Source of the DNA: an uncultured Acidibacter sp.
Lineage (GTDB): Bacteria; Pseudomonadota; Gammaproteobacteria; Steroidobacterales; Steroidobacteraceae
Assembly: GCA_964609065.1 (NCBI GenBank)
Contig: CAZSRB010000002.1
Coordinates: forward strand, 27,084-91,083
Length of the DNA stretch: 64,000 nt
Direction of reading: 5' to 3'
The position numbers were made by a program, and so were the translations under genes. The notes beneath the pieces were generated by a model, which saw only the letters and a list, made by a program, of their open reading frames with translations, did no database searches and was not told the DNA's origin. This document shows, piece by piece, positions 1 through 9,166 of the stretch (its first letter is position 1; every line of letters begins with the position of its first letter).

Positions 1-654
1 ATTGATGCAGTCGTGCTCTCTACCCAGCACGCCGAAGAGATCTCCATGCGCAAACTGCAAGAAGCGGTCATGGAGGAAATCGTCAAGCCGGTACTACCAA
101 AGAAATGGATTCACCGCGGCACGAAGTTCCACATCAATCCGACCGGTCGCTTTGTGATCGGCGGGCCCGTCGGCGACTGCGGCCTCACGGGGCGCAAGAT
201 CATCGTTGACACGTACGGTGGATTTGCCCGCCACGGCGGCGGCGCGTTCTCAGGCAAAGACCCCTCGAAGGTGGATCGCTCGGCCGCTTATGCCGCGCGC
301 TATGTCGCCAAAAATATTGTGGCGGCAGGGCTTGCCGATCGCTGCGAAGTACAAGTCTCGTACGCCATTGGGGTTGCTGAACCCACCTCAATCATGGTCG
401 AGACCTTCGGCACGGGCAAAGTCGAGCGTGAAAAGTTGACCGCCCTCGTGCGTCGACACTTTGATCTGACGCCTTATGGCCTGCGAGAAATGCTCAAACT
501 CGCGCGGCCGATCTATCGCAAAACCGCCGCCTACGGGCACTTTGGTCGCGAAGATAAGGATTTCACGTGGGAGCGCACAGATAAGGCGGCCGCCCTTGCG
601 GCGGATGCCGGTCTTCCACGCAGTCGCGCGACACGCATACGCAAAAAACGGTAA
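1..654 (+). CDS. metK: S-adenosylmethionine synthetase, C-terminal part (5' end lies upstream of the window)
   Basis: Frame 1 is open from base 1. The translation carries MetK hallmarks [20 protein letters not shown] and [23 protein letters not shown]. Stop is TAA 652-654. It ends in a basic tail ([12 protein letters not shown]) beyond the usual MetK C-terminus. Confidence 0.95.
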   Translation: MDAVVLSTQHAEEISMRKLQEAVMEEIVKPVLPKKWIHRGTKFHINPTGRFVIGGPVGDCGLTGRKIIVDTYGGFARHGGGAFSGKDPSKVDRSAAYAARYVAKNIVAAGLADRCEVQVSYAIGVAEPTSIMVETFGTGKVEREKLTALVRRHFDLTPYGLREMLKLARPIYRKTAAYGHFGREDKDFTWERTDKAAALAADAGLPRSRATRIRKKR

Positions 655-666
655 ACTTTGACCCAC

Positions 667-738
667 ACCGGCGAGGGGCGCTGCAGCATCATCAGGATGC
701 CAGGCTCGCCGGGGGTGGATTTTGCAACGGCGCCCGTC
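667..738 (+). promoter_or_regulatory. SAH (S-adenosylhomocysteine) riboswitch in the ahcY leader
   Basis: P1 is CCGGCGAG (668-675) pairing with CTCGCCGG (705-712). An internal hairpin is GCATC (686-690)/GATGC (696-700). The conserved CAGGCTC is at 701-707. The 3' GGCGCCC (729-735) can pair with GGGCGCT (676-682) as a pseudoknot. This fits the remembered SAH-riboswitch consensus (..GAGGRGCGCUGC..CAGGCUCG..AACGGCGCYC) and its canonical position just upstream of ahcY. Confidence 0.7.
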
Positions 739-768
739 AATCTCTCACACAGATTAACGGAGTACACC

Positions 769-2202
769 ATGAACGCTGTTGCCAAGGATGCCATCAAAGA
801 AACCCTCAAGTCGGGCGACTATCATGTCGCCGACATGTCGCTAGCGGATTTCGGCCGTAAAGAAATCCGCATTGCGGAGACCGAAATGCCGGGTCTCATG
901 GCGATTCGCGAGGAATACGCCCCGACCCAACCCCTGCGCGGCGCGCGAATTACGGGTTCGCTGCACATGACGATCCAGACGGCGGTGCTGATTGAGACAC
1001 TGCAAGCACTCGGCGCGCAGGTCCGCTGGGCATCGTGCAATATTTTCTCGACTCAGGATCATGCGGCAGCGGCGATTGCCGCCACCGGCACACCAGTGTT
1101 CGCCTACAAAGGTGAGTCGCTGCGCGAGTATTGGGAGTTCACCCATCGGATCTTTGAATGGACCGACGGTGGCTATTCCAACATGATTTTGGATGATGGT
1201 GGTGACGCGACTTTGCTACTGCATCTTGGCACGCAAGCCGAAAAAGATCTCTCGGTGCTCGCTCACCCGGGCAGCGAAGAGGAAGAGCACCTGTTCGCGA
1301 CCATCAAAGACAAGCTCAAAACAGATCCCACTTGGTATTCGACCCGTATCAAACACATTCGCGGCGTGACTGAAGAGACCACCACGGGTGTGAAGCGTCT
1401 TTATGAGATGGCCAAGGACGGCGCACTCGCGTTCCCGGCGATCAACGTGAATGACGCAGTGACCAAGAGCAAATTCGATAACCTATATGGCTGTCGTGAA
1501 TCTCTAGTCGATGCGATCAAGCGTGCCACCGACGTCATGATTGCGGGCAAGGTTGCCGTCGTCTGCGGTTATGGCGATGTGGGCAAAGGCTCGGCGCAAG
1601 CCTTGCGTGCACTCTCGGCCCAGGTTTGGGTAACGGAAGTGGACCCCATCTGTGCGCTGCAAGCGGCCATGGAAGGCTATCGCGTCGTGACGATGGAATA
1701 CGCCGCCGATAAGGCAGATATCTTTGTCACAGCAACCGGTAACTTTCATGTGATCAACCACGATCACATGCGGAAGATGAAAGATCAGGCCATCGTCTGC
1801 AACATTGGTCACTTCGACAATGAAATCGACTGCGCTTCGCTGAAGCCCTACACCTGGGAGAACATCAAGCCGCAGGTCGATCAGATCATCTTCCCGGACG
1901 GCAAGCGCATTACCTTGCTCGCCGAGGGTCGCTTGGTCAATCTGGGTTGCGGCACGGGCCACCCCAGCTATGTGATGTCCTCATCGTTTGCCAACCAGAC
2001 GATCGCACAGATCGAACTGTGGGCGAATCACGAGAACTATCCGGTTGGCGTGTACGTGTTGCCCAAGCACTTGGACGAAAAAGTCGCACGCCTGCAATTG
2101 AAGAAACTCGGTGCTGAACTCACCGAGCTCACCGATCAGCAAGCACGCTACATTGGCGTTGATAAGCAAGGCCCGTACAAGCCGGAAGCTTATCGCTACT
2201 AA
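769..2202 (+). CDS. ahcY: Adenosylhomocysteinase (S-adenosyl-L-homocysteine hydrolase)
   Basis: Full-length AhcY-like translation ([27 protein letters not shown]-binding GYGDVGKG, C-terminal KPEAYRY). Start set at ATG 769 with GGAG at 759-762. The ORF-track start at 658 would run through the riboswitch. Confidence 0.95.
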   Translation: MNAVAKDAIKETLKSGDYHVADMSLADFGRKEIRIAETEMPGLMAIREEYAPTQPLRGARITGSLHMTIQTAVLIETLQALGAQVRWASCNIFSTQDHAAAAIAATGTPVFAYKGESLREYWEFTHRIFEWTDGGYSNMILDDGGDATLLLHLGTQAEKDLSVLAHPGSEEEEHLFATIKDKLKTDPTWYSTRIKHIRGVTEETTTGVKRLYEMAKDGALAFPAINVNDAVTKSKFDNLYGCRESLVDAIKRATDVMIAGKVAVVCGYGDVGKGSAQALRALSAQVWVTEVDPICALQAAMEGYRVVTMEYAADKADIFVTATGNFHVINHDHMRKMKDQAIVCNIGHFDNEIDCASLKPYTWENIKPQVDQIIFPDGKRITLLAEGRLVNLGCGTGHPSYVMSSSFANQTIAQIELWANHENYPVGVYVLPKHLDEKVARLQLKKLGAELTELTDQQARYIGVDKQGPYKPEAYRY

Positions 2203-2256
2203 AATTCGCCAATGCGGGTAGATCCGCCTAAACGGGACGATCCGCCAAGACAAGCG

Positions 2257-2300
2257 ACGGCCATGACGCTAACATCGGTGTCATGGCCGTTTCTTTTGTG
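2257..2300 (+). terminator. Rho-independent terminator after ahcY
   Basis: Perfect 11-bp stem ACGGCCATGAC (2257-2267)/GTCATGGCCGT (2280-2290) with a 12-nt loop, followed by TTCTTTTGTG. Confidence 0.6.
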
Positions 2301-3038
2301 CAACTCACGGACACCCATTTAGTCGGTGATCCGCAGGGCGCGATGCGCGGCGTCGTGACACGCGATGCGCTGCAACGTGTTCTCGCCCATGCCGCAAGCG
2401 ATATCGAATCCAGTGATGCCATCTTGCTCACAGGCGATCTCGTACACGACGATGCTGATGGCTATGCAGCGATCGCAGAGCTACTAGGCGGGCTTGGCAA
2501 ACCGGTGCTGTGCTTACCGGGAAATCATGACGACCCGGTTTTGATGCGCGAAGCGCTTCCTACGCCGCCCTTTGACTACTGTCCCATACGCCGATTTGGC
2601 GCTTGGCAGGTCATCTTACTTGACTCTGTTATCCCGGGCGAAGCAGGCGGTCGATTACGCGAAGCAGAACTTGACCGTCTTCAGGCAGCACTCAAGGCGG
2701 CGCCCGATACGCCAACACTCATCGCTTTGCATCATCATCCCATCGCGACCGGTAGTGTGTGGCTCGAACCTATCGGTGTTGAGAATGCCGCTGAATTCTT
2801 TGATGTCATCAGCAACCAAGTGCAAGTCAAAGCCGTCGTCTGGGGGCATGTTCATCAAAGCCAACACGCGACACGCGGTACGTTACAACTGATCGGCACA
2901 CCCTCGACCTGCGTACAATTTCGCGCACAGTCGGAGGACTTTGCCCTTGACACGCTGCCGCCAGCCTACCGGGTGCTGACGCTCTTCGATGACGGTCGCC
3001 TTGAGACCCGCCTACAACATCTACCCTCTGCTCAATAG
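2283..3038 (+). CDS. cpdA: 3',5'-cyclic-nucleotide phosphodiesterase / metallophosphoesterase (CpdA/Icc family)
   Basis: Calcineurin-like phosphoesterase motifs are present: QLTDTHL, GDLVHDD, GNHD, ALHHHP, GHVH. The start ATG lies inside the 3' arm of the ahcY terminator. Confidence 0.8.
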   Translation: MAVSFVQLTDTHLVGDPQGAMRGVVTRDALQRVLAHAASDIESSDAILLTGDLVHDDADGYAAIAELLGGLGKPVLCLPGNHDDPVLMREALPTPPFDYCPIRRFGAWQVILLDSVIPGEAGGRLREAELDRLQAALKAAPDTPTLIALHHHPIATGSVWLEPIGVENAAEFFDVISNQVQVKAVVWGHVHQSQHATRGTLQLIGTPSTCVQFRAQSEDFALDTLPPAYRVLTLFDDGRLETRLQHLPSAQ

Positions 3039-3088
3039 CAATTCGATCGCAGCGCAATGTCTTTTCACGCAATCAAGCACACGGACTG

Positions 3089-3997
3089 ATGCGCACGTTT
3101 CTCTGGTTTTTGGGGCTCTTCGTCTTTGGTTTTGCCATCATGGCCGTATTCGCTTGGCCGCTATACGATGCACTCACCCCAAGCTTTGATGTGAAATTCC
3201 ACCGAGTCGCCAACCGACTCGGAATGCTCGCCTTACTGATCGGCATGGTGTTGGTAGCGAGACGGATGGGTGTTGCCGATCGTCAAAGCCTCGGCTACGG
3301 CCTCGCTCGTAAGCCATTTTTGATGACAGCAGGCTGGGGATTCATCGGTGGTGTCTGTAGCCTACTACCCGTCGTCGCGTTGATGGGGCTACTTGATCTT
3401 CGCGAACTGAAACCTGATCTTGCCGTCAACGCCTTATTGCTCATCGAGCTAGCGCTAAGTGGCTTATTAAGCGGCATTGCTGTCGCCTTGATCGAAGAAA
3501 CCTTTTTTCGTGGTGCGATGCACAGCGGTATCGCCCGCGAGTCAGGAACCCCCGCAGCGATTTTCCTGACGGCTCTCCTCTATTCTGCTGTTCATTTCTT
3601 AGGCAGCTACCGTATACCGGTCGAAGAATTAGGACCCGACAGTGGAGTCCGACATATCGTCGGCACCTTTGCCAACTTACTCGCGCCGAGCCAAATCATC
3701 GACGCTTTTTTGGCCTTGTTCTCGGTTGGAGTTTTGCTCGGTGTGCTCAGAGCCCACAGCGGAAACATTGCGACCTGCCTCGGTCTGCACGCGGGTTGGG
3801 TGTGGATCATCGCGTTTTTGCGCGAGGGCACTACCCACAATACCGACAGCCAGTGGGGATTTTTGGTATCGAGTTTTGACGGGGTCGTCGGCTGGCTAGT
3901 GCTCGGCTGGACGATAATTTTGACGCTCGCGCTACGGGCGTGGCTGCGCCGTGGCGGTCAACTCACGCCTCGGTCGCGTCCTCAGACCGACGAATAA
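3089..3997 (+). CDS. CPBP-family intramembrane glutamic endopeptidase (CAAX protease-like)
   Basis: Polytopic membrane protein with the CPBP motifs EETFFRG, YSAVHF and a later H (LHAGW). Confidence 0.8.
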   Translation: MRTFLWFLGLFVFGFAIMAVFAWPLYDALTPSFDVKFHRVANRLGMLALLIGMVLVARRMGVADRQSLGYGLARKPFLMTAGWGFIGGVCSLLPVVALMGLLDLRELKPDLAVNALLLIELALSGLLSGIAVALIEETFFRGAMHSGIARESGTPAAIFLTALLYSAVHFLGSYRIPVEELGPDSGVRHIVGTFANLLAPSQIIDAFLALFSVGVLLGVLRAHSGNIATCLGLHAGWVWIIAFLREGTTHNTDSQWGFLVSSFDGVVGWLVLGWTIILTLALRAWLRRGGQLTPRSRPQTDE

Positions 3998-4586
3998 GCG
4001 GCGAGATCAACTCCAGCCGCTGCAAAGGATCATCCAGCTCAAGACAATACTGTTTGTCATCGAGACTGATCGGCAAGATCTCGGTCAATCTCGCACTCAC
4101 CCACTCCGCATCCTCAAAACGAGGCTCGAGCGTCGAGTAAATCTCACCGAGCTCTGGGAGCACTTTGCGCAGCAAGTCCGCTAGATGTCGATAAGTTTCT
4201 GGTACAGCCAAAGAATCCGGACTTGATCGCGGAAGACCCGGTGAGACATCGAGCCATTCCACCTCCGCCATGTTGAGACCATCGTCTGCCACCCAAGCGC
4301 GCTGCACCCGAAAGCGTCGCTCTCCATGACAGCTGATTCCAAGAAGACCATCCGGCAAAAGATTAAAGTCCACGATCCGTGCGCTGGTGCCCACCTGACA
4401 GAAGCGGACAGGAGCGCCTGCCTCGCGACCCTCGCGTAATAACACCACACCAAAGCCGCTCTGCTCACGCATACAACGCTTAACCATATCGGTATAACGC
4501 GTCTCAAAGATACGCAGGGGCAGCGGACCGCGCGGGAAAAGCACTGTATTTAGCGGGAAAAGCGGAATCTCCGTCGAATCGCTCAC
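3963..4586 (-). CDS. LON-peptidase substrate-binding (Lon N-terminal) domain protein
   Basis: N-terminus IPLFPLNTVLFPRGPLPLRIFETRY is typical of stand-alone Lon N-domain proteins. It has a 35-bp convergent overlap with the CPBP gene. Confidence 0.8.
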   Translation of the reverse strand: MSDSTEIPLFPLNTVLFPRGPLPLRIFETRYTDMVKRCMREQSGFGVVLLREGREAGAPVRFCQVGTSARIVDFNLLPDGLLGISCHGERRFRVQRAWVADDGLNMAEVEWLDVSPGLPRSSPDSLAVPETYRHLADLLRKVLPELGEIYSTLEPRFEDAEWVSARLTEILPISLDDKQYCLELDDPLQRLELISPLIRRSEDATEA

Positions 4587-4595
4587 GGCTAATCC

Positions 4596-5225
4596 TTAAG
4601 AGGAACTCATCACGCTGCGTCCCCAGCGCGCCATGAGTGAATGATCAATATCGAGCTGATCCAAGATACGCGCCACAATGAAATCCACTAACTCGTCGAC
4701 CTGGGTGGGCCGAGTGTAAAAGCCGGGATTCGCGGGCAGTATCGTCACCCCGAGCTGCGATAATTTGAGCATGTTCTCAAGGTGAATCGCGGAAAAAGGC
4801 GTTTCGCGCGGCACGATAATGAGATTTCCACGCTCTTTGATCACCACGTCGGCCGCGCGCTCAAGTAGGTTCTCACTCGCGCCATGAGCGATCGCAGAGA
4901 CAGTGGCCATACTGGCTGGGCAAACCACCATTTTGCGAGGTGCTCCGGAGCCACTCGCCACAGGCGACGTCCACTCTTCATCACCAAATACCCGCAATTG
5001 ATCTTCACGCGCACCAAATAATTCACGCAAATAACGCGTCTGATCCAGTGTGCGACCCGGTAGCTTGCAATCGGTCTCCGAGCCGACGACTACCTGCGCA
5101 GCTTTGGTGAACATCAAAAAAACGTTGTAGTCGGCTCGGACGAGGCACTCAATCAGCCGCAAGCCATACTGCGTGCCCGAGGCGCCGGTGAGCCCGACAG
5201 TCACTGTGTTATCTCTGTGCGCCAT
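4596..5225 (-). CDS. ubiX: Flavin prenyltransferase UbiX
   Basis: VGLTGASG N-terminus and overall UbiX/Pad1 pattern. Its start abuts the mpl stop with no gap, and mpl-ubiX synteny is common in Gammaproteobacteria. Confidence 0.9.
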   Translation of the reverse strand: MAHRDNTVTVGLTGASGTQYGLRLIECLVRADYNVFLMFTKAAQVVVGSETDCKLPGRTLDQTRYLRELFGAREDQLRVFGDEEWTSPVASGSGAPRKMVVCPASMATVSAIAHGASENLLERAADVVIKERGNLIIVPRETPFSAIHLENMLKLSQLGVTILPANPGFYTRPTQVDELVDFIVARILDQLDIDHSLMARWGRSVMSSS

Positions 5226-6638
5226 TCAAGCCTCTCCCGTTTTTGCCCGCTCCGCCAACGCGGCCAGTAGTCGCTCGTGTAGACCCCCGAAAGAGCCGTT
5301 CGACATCATCAGCGCATGATCGCCAGGCCGCAAGTCAGCAGCGAGATCCGTGACGAGTGCGTCCAAATCCGAGACAACCTTCGCGGGCACGGCAGAGTCC
5401 GCAAAAGCGGCCTGCACATCCCAACCCAGATCAGCAGGTGCGTACACCCAGATTGCATCCGCCTGTTTTAAGGAGGCGGCGAGCTCGGCTTGATGCACCC
5501 CGAGGCGCATCGTATTTGAGCGCGGCTCTAGGATCGCGACGATACGCTCTCGCCCCACTTTGCGCCGCAAGCCATCCACTGTCGTCGCAATCGCGGTGGG
5601 GTGATGCGCAAAGTCGTCATACACTCGCACTCCAGCGGCTTCCCCGCGTAATTCCAAGCGCCGCTTGATGCCTTCAAAGACGCAGAGCGCGCTACAGGCA
5701 ATTTCCACCGGTACCCCTGCATGACGCGCGGCCGCAATGGCCGCCAAGGCATTTTCAACGTTATGCACGCCGAGCAAATCCCACGTCACATGACCCAATG
5801 TCGCGCCGGACAACAATACTTCAAAGCGGCTGCCGTCGCCGCCCGCACCCCCGTGAGCAGACCCCGCAAGGCGAGCGCTCCACACCCCCTCTTCGGCGTT
5901 ATCGGGGGTCAAAGAAAACGACTCAGTCGGCGTCCAGCAGCCCATCGCTAAGGCATTACGGACACCCTCATCCCGATCATGCCGAATAATGAGCCCCGAG
6001 CCCGGCACTGTACGAACGAGGTGGTGGAACTGACGCTCGATCGCCGCGACATCGCTATAGATATCCGCATGATCAAATTCGAGATTATTTAAAATCAAGG
6101 TACGCGGTCGATAGTGCACAAACTTAGCACGCTTATCAAAGAAAGCCGTATCGTACTCGTCAGCCTCAATCACAAAGAAAGGCGCGCGACCAAAACGCGC
6201 ACTCAAACCAAAATTATGCGGCATGCCGCCGATCAAAAAGCCAGGCTCAAGTCCCGCAAATTCTAGGATCCAAGCCAACATACTACTGGTCGTCGTTTTA
6301 CCGTGAGTACCCGCTACCGCAAGCACCCACCGATCTCGCAAGACGTGCGTGGCTAACCACTCCGGCCCCGACACATAGGGGATACGACTCTCAAGCAGCG
6401 CCTCCACCACCGGTTGGCTACGACTCATGACGTTACCCACCACCACCACATCGGGGGCGGGGTCGAGTTGCGCAGCATCAAACCCCGTATGGATGTCGAT
6501 CCCCGCGGCGGCGAGCTGGGTGCTCATAGGCGGATAGACGTTGCGATCGGAGCCACTGACTTGATGCCCCGCCTCACGCGCAATCATCGCCACCCCTGCC
6601 ATGAACGTGCCGCAAATTCCCAAAATATGCACGTGCAT
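5226..6638 (-). CDS. mpl: UDP-N-acetylmuramate:L-alanyl-gamma-D-glutamyl-meso-diaminopimelate ligase
   Basis: MHVHILGICGTFMAGVAMIAREAGHQVSGSD N-terminus and the Mur-ligase P-loop GTHGKTTT. Confidence 0.92.
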   Translation of the reverse strand: MHVHILGICGTFMAGVAMIAREAGHQVSGSDRNVYPPMSTQLAAAGIDIHTGFDAAQLDPAPDVVVVGNVMSRSQPVVEALLESRIPYVSGPEWLATHVLRDRWVLAVAGTHGKTTTSSMLAWILEFAGLEPGFLIGGMPHNFGLSARFGRAPFFVIEADEYDTAFFDKRAKFVHYRPRTLILNNLEFDHADIYSDVAAIERQFHHLVRTVPGSGLIIRHDRDEGVRNALAMGCWTPTESFSLTPDNAEEGVWSARLAGSAHGGAGGDGSRFEVLLSGATLGHVTWDLLGVHNVENALAAIAAARHAGVPVEIACSALCVFEGIKRRLELRGEAAGVRVYDDFAHHPTAIATTVDGLRRKVGRERIVAILEPRSNTMRLGVHQAELAASLKQADAIWVYAPADLGWDVQAAFADSAVPAKVVSDLDALVTDLAADLRPGDHALMMSNGSFGGLHERLLAALAERAKTGEA

Positions 6639-6653
6639 ACGCGTCGCCTCGTC

Positions 6654-7190
6654 TTAGGCCGGTGGCAGACCGATGCCGGTCGCCAAAACCACCGAAAACA
6701 CCAACATCTCACCAGCTAAAAACAGTAAAACGCATTGGAACATCGGTCGTTCAATCGCTTCACGCAAAATACGCGCGTTGAGGTAAATCAAATAGACGCT
6801 CAGGGCGAATGCGAGCAGCGACCACACCGAAAGCGTCAACATGCCCTCCTCATCGGGTCGCACAGCGGAGACCAGCGGAATGCTAATGGGCGTCAGGAGC
6901 GCCGCAATGCCAAAAATCGCGGTCGCCGTCTGCAAAAAGCGAGCACCGTGATTAAAAAGCCTCAGCAACAGATACAGCCACCCCAGCGTGACGGCACCCG
7001 ACACCACCGCCTGCGGGAAAATGCTGGGATCATCGGGGATAAAGGCCTGACCCAGCCCCCCCTGCAGCACGATCAGCGCGATCACACACGCCGCCAAGAG
7101 CGAAGAGGAAGACGGGAGGTCTTGGGGCCCACGCTGCAGCCGCAAGATGCCAAGCAGTGTCTGGATTGTCTCGTACATCATGAATTTCAT
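6654..7190 (-). CDS. Small polytopic inner-membrane protein, function unknown
   Basis: About 5 hydrophobic segments and no recognised motif. Start is uncertain: the AAGGA box abuts ATG 7190, so ATG 7181 or 7178 (MMYET..) may be the real start. Confidence 0.6.
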   Translation of the reverse strand: MKFMMYETIQTLLGILRLQRGPQDLPSSSSLLAACVIALIVLQGGLGQAFIPDDPSIFPQAVVSGAVTLGWLYLLLRLFNHGARFLQTATAIFGIAALLTPISIPLVSAVRPDEEGMLTLSVWSLLAFALSVYLIYLNARILREAIERPMFQCVLLFLAGEMLVFSVVLATGIGLPPA

Positions 7191-7224
7191 TCCTTCGGAC
7201 CCGGAATTCTTGCATAGTCACCGA

Positions 7225-8310
7225 ATGACGTCGTCCTCCACGCTGATCGACACGCCGGCCGCACTGGAGGATCTGGTTGGGCGGCTCGTGGCTGAGACCG
7301 ACTTCGGGATGGATACCGAATTTTTGCGCGAACGTACGTATCGCGCCGAACTATGTCTATTACAAGTGACGGTTGGGGCAGAGCCTCGTTGCATCGATCC
7401 ACTCGCCCTACCCGCCTTAACGCCGCTCCAAACGCTGATGGCAGGCACCCAACCACAGAAAATCCTGCATTCGGGTCGGCAGGATCTGGAGGTTCTGTGG
7501 CCGCTGACGGGCCCGATCGCCGGCGTATTTGATACTCAGATCGCAGCCGCGCTCGCCGGCTTTCCAGCCCAGATCGGCTATGCGGAGCTCGTCAAACGTA
7601 TCCTCGGAGTGGAATTAGCGAAGGGCCAAACGCGTACCGATTGGTCGCGCCGACCGCTCACAGCGGCGCAGCTGGACTACGCTTTGGATGACGTTCGCTA
7701 CTTACGGCCACTGCGCGATCACCTCCGGGAACAGCTCGATCGACTGGGGCGACTCGGCTGGCTGGAAGAGGACCTCACCCGCTTGGTCGATCCTGCAGGC
7801 TTACAACCCGACCCCAGCCGTGCCTGGCAACGCTTCAAGGGCATCTCACAGCTCGATGAGGGCAGACAACGCCTGATCAAATCGCTGGCCGAGTGGCGCG
7901 AGCGTCGAGCCATTCAAAAAAACCGGCCGCGCGGTTGGATATTAGATGACGCTTTCATCAAAGAAATTACCGAAACAGTTCCGCGCGACAGTGCGGCGCT
8001 CGCCGCAATTCAAGGATTGCCGGAAGGCGTAGTCAAACATAGCGGCGAGGAACTCTGCTCACTGGTGGCGCAAGCGCAGATTGATCACCCCGCCCCTCCC
8101 TTACCCAAACGAGCAAGACCTGACCCCGCTATCGTGCAACAGGTCAAATATTTGAGTGAGAAACTAAAGCGACGCGCAACAGAACTTGAGCTAGTGAGTG
8201 AAATACTCGCCACGCGCAAAGAACTCGATGCCCTCGCAGCCGGTCGGCCGATCGATCAAGTGCTCAGCGGTTGGCGCCTAGAGGTGCTCGCTGACGTCCT
8301 GACTGACTGA
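7225..8310 (+). CDS. rnd: Ribonuclease D
   Basis: DEDDy exonuclease motifs (FGMDTEF, HSGRQDLEVL, YALDDVRYL) plus an HRDC-like C-terminal part. Start set at ATG 7225, because the longer ORF would overlap the divergent membrane gene. Confidence 0.9.
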   Translation: MTSSSTLIDTPAALEDLVGRLVAETDFGMDTEFLRERTYRAELCLLQVTVGAEPRCIDPLALPALTPLQTLMAGTQPQKILHSGRQDLEVLWPLTGPIAGVFDTQIAAALAGFPAQIGYAELVKRILGVELAKGQTRTDWSRRPLTAAQLDYALDDVRYLRPLRDHLREQLDRLGRLGWLEEDLTRLVDPAGLQPDPSRAWQRFKGISQLDEGRQRLIKSLAEWRERRAIQKNRPRGWILDDAFIKEITETVPRDSAALAAIQGLPEGVVKHSGEELCSLVAQAQIDHPAPPLPKRARPDPAIVQQVKYLSEKLKRRATELELVSEILATRKELDALAAGRPIDQVLSGWRLEVLADVLTD

Positions 8311-8341
8311 CGCTCTGAAAACTACTTGTCTGACTGAGGCG

Positions 8342-8995
8342 CTACGAGGCGCTTAAGGCCTGCTCAACGCGCGCGGTCACCTGCTCAAGTGGGGCATCCG
8401 CCTCAATGCTGCGCAACAAACCCTGCGCCGCATAAAACTCGATCAATGGCGCCGTCTGCGCCTCATAGACCTCGATCCGCTTGGTCACGGTCGCTTCGTT
8501 ATCATCCGGCCGTTGTAACAACACGGGCGCGGTGCAGCGTCCGCCACAGGGTGGTGGTGTGGGCGGCGGCGCCGTGTGAACGTTGAAAATACGCCCGCAC
8601 TCCTGACAGCTGCGCCGTCCTGAGATGCGTTGGACCAATAATTCTTTGTCGACGTTGAATAAGATCACCGCATCGAGCGGCTGACCGATCGTTTGCAGCA
8701 TCGTGTCCAAGCCCTCAGCTTGAGCGATCGTGCGCGGAAAACCATCAAGGATGAAACCCTTGGCCGCATCAGGCTCTGCCAAGCGCGCACGCACCATGCC
8801 CAGGATGGTCTCATCATCAACCAGTTGCCCGGCATCCATCACGGCCTTCGCTCGCACCCCTAGCTCGGTGCCCTCGCGTACATGGGCACGCAGCAGATCT
8901 CCCGTCGAGATCTGGGGAATACCGTGCAACTCTACGAGCCGCTGTGATTGGGTGCCCTTACCCGAACCGGGCGCACCGAGGAAAACGATTCTCAT
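8342..8995 (-). CDS. adk: Adenylate kinase (long-lid type with Cys4 motif)
   Basis: P-loop GAPGSGKGT, with STGDLLR and ILDGFPRT motifs. The lid is CQEC-x16-CGGRC. Confidence 0.95.
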   Translation of the reverse strand: MRIVFLGAPGSGKGTQSQRLVELHGIPQISTGDLLRAHVREGTELGVRAKAVMDAGQLVDDETILGMVRARLAEPDAAKGFILDGFPRTIAQAEGLDTMLQTIGQPLDAVILFNVDKELLVQRISGRRSCQECGRIFNVHTAPPPTPPPCGGRCTAPVLLQRPDDNEATVTKRIEVYEAQTAPLIEFYAAQGLLRSIEADAPLEQVTARVEQALSAS

Positions 8996-9166
8996 GGATA
9001 GCTTGTTGGGGATTAGGACCCGTTGCCGCCTGTCTGGTGCCGTATTGTGTGTGCCACGTTACCGTTCCGGTTTCGGGAGGTCAAACCGTCCGGTATCCTG
9101 CGTTAAATGGCCTGCTGCGTTGGCCGCTTATTCAACTTCATCCGCCCCCGACGACAGAACTGAATC

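Noticed and set aside
658-768. Upstream extension of ahcY in the ORF track (start at 658)
   Set aside because: The added 37 residues are not AhcY-like, they overlap the SAH riboswitch, and ATG 769 has a proper GGAG box.
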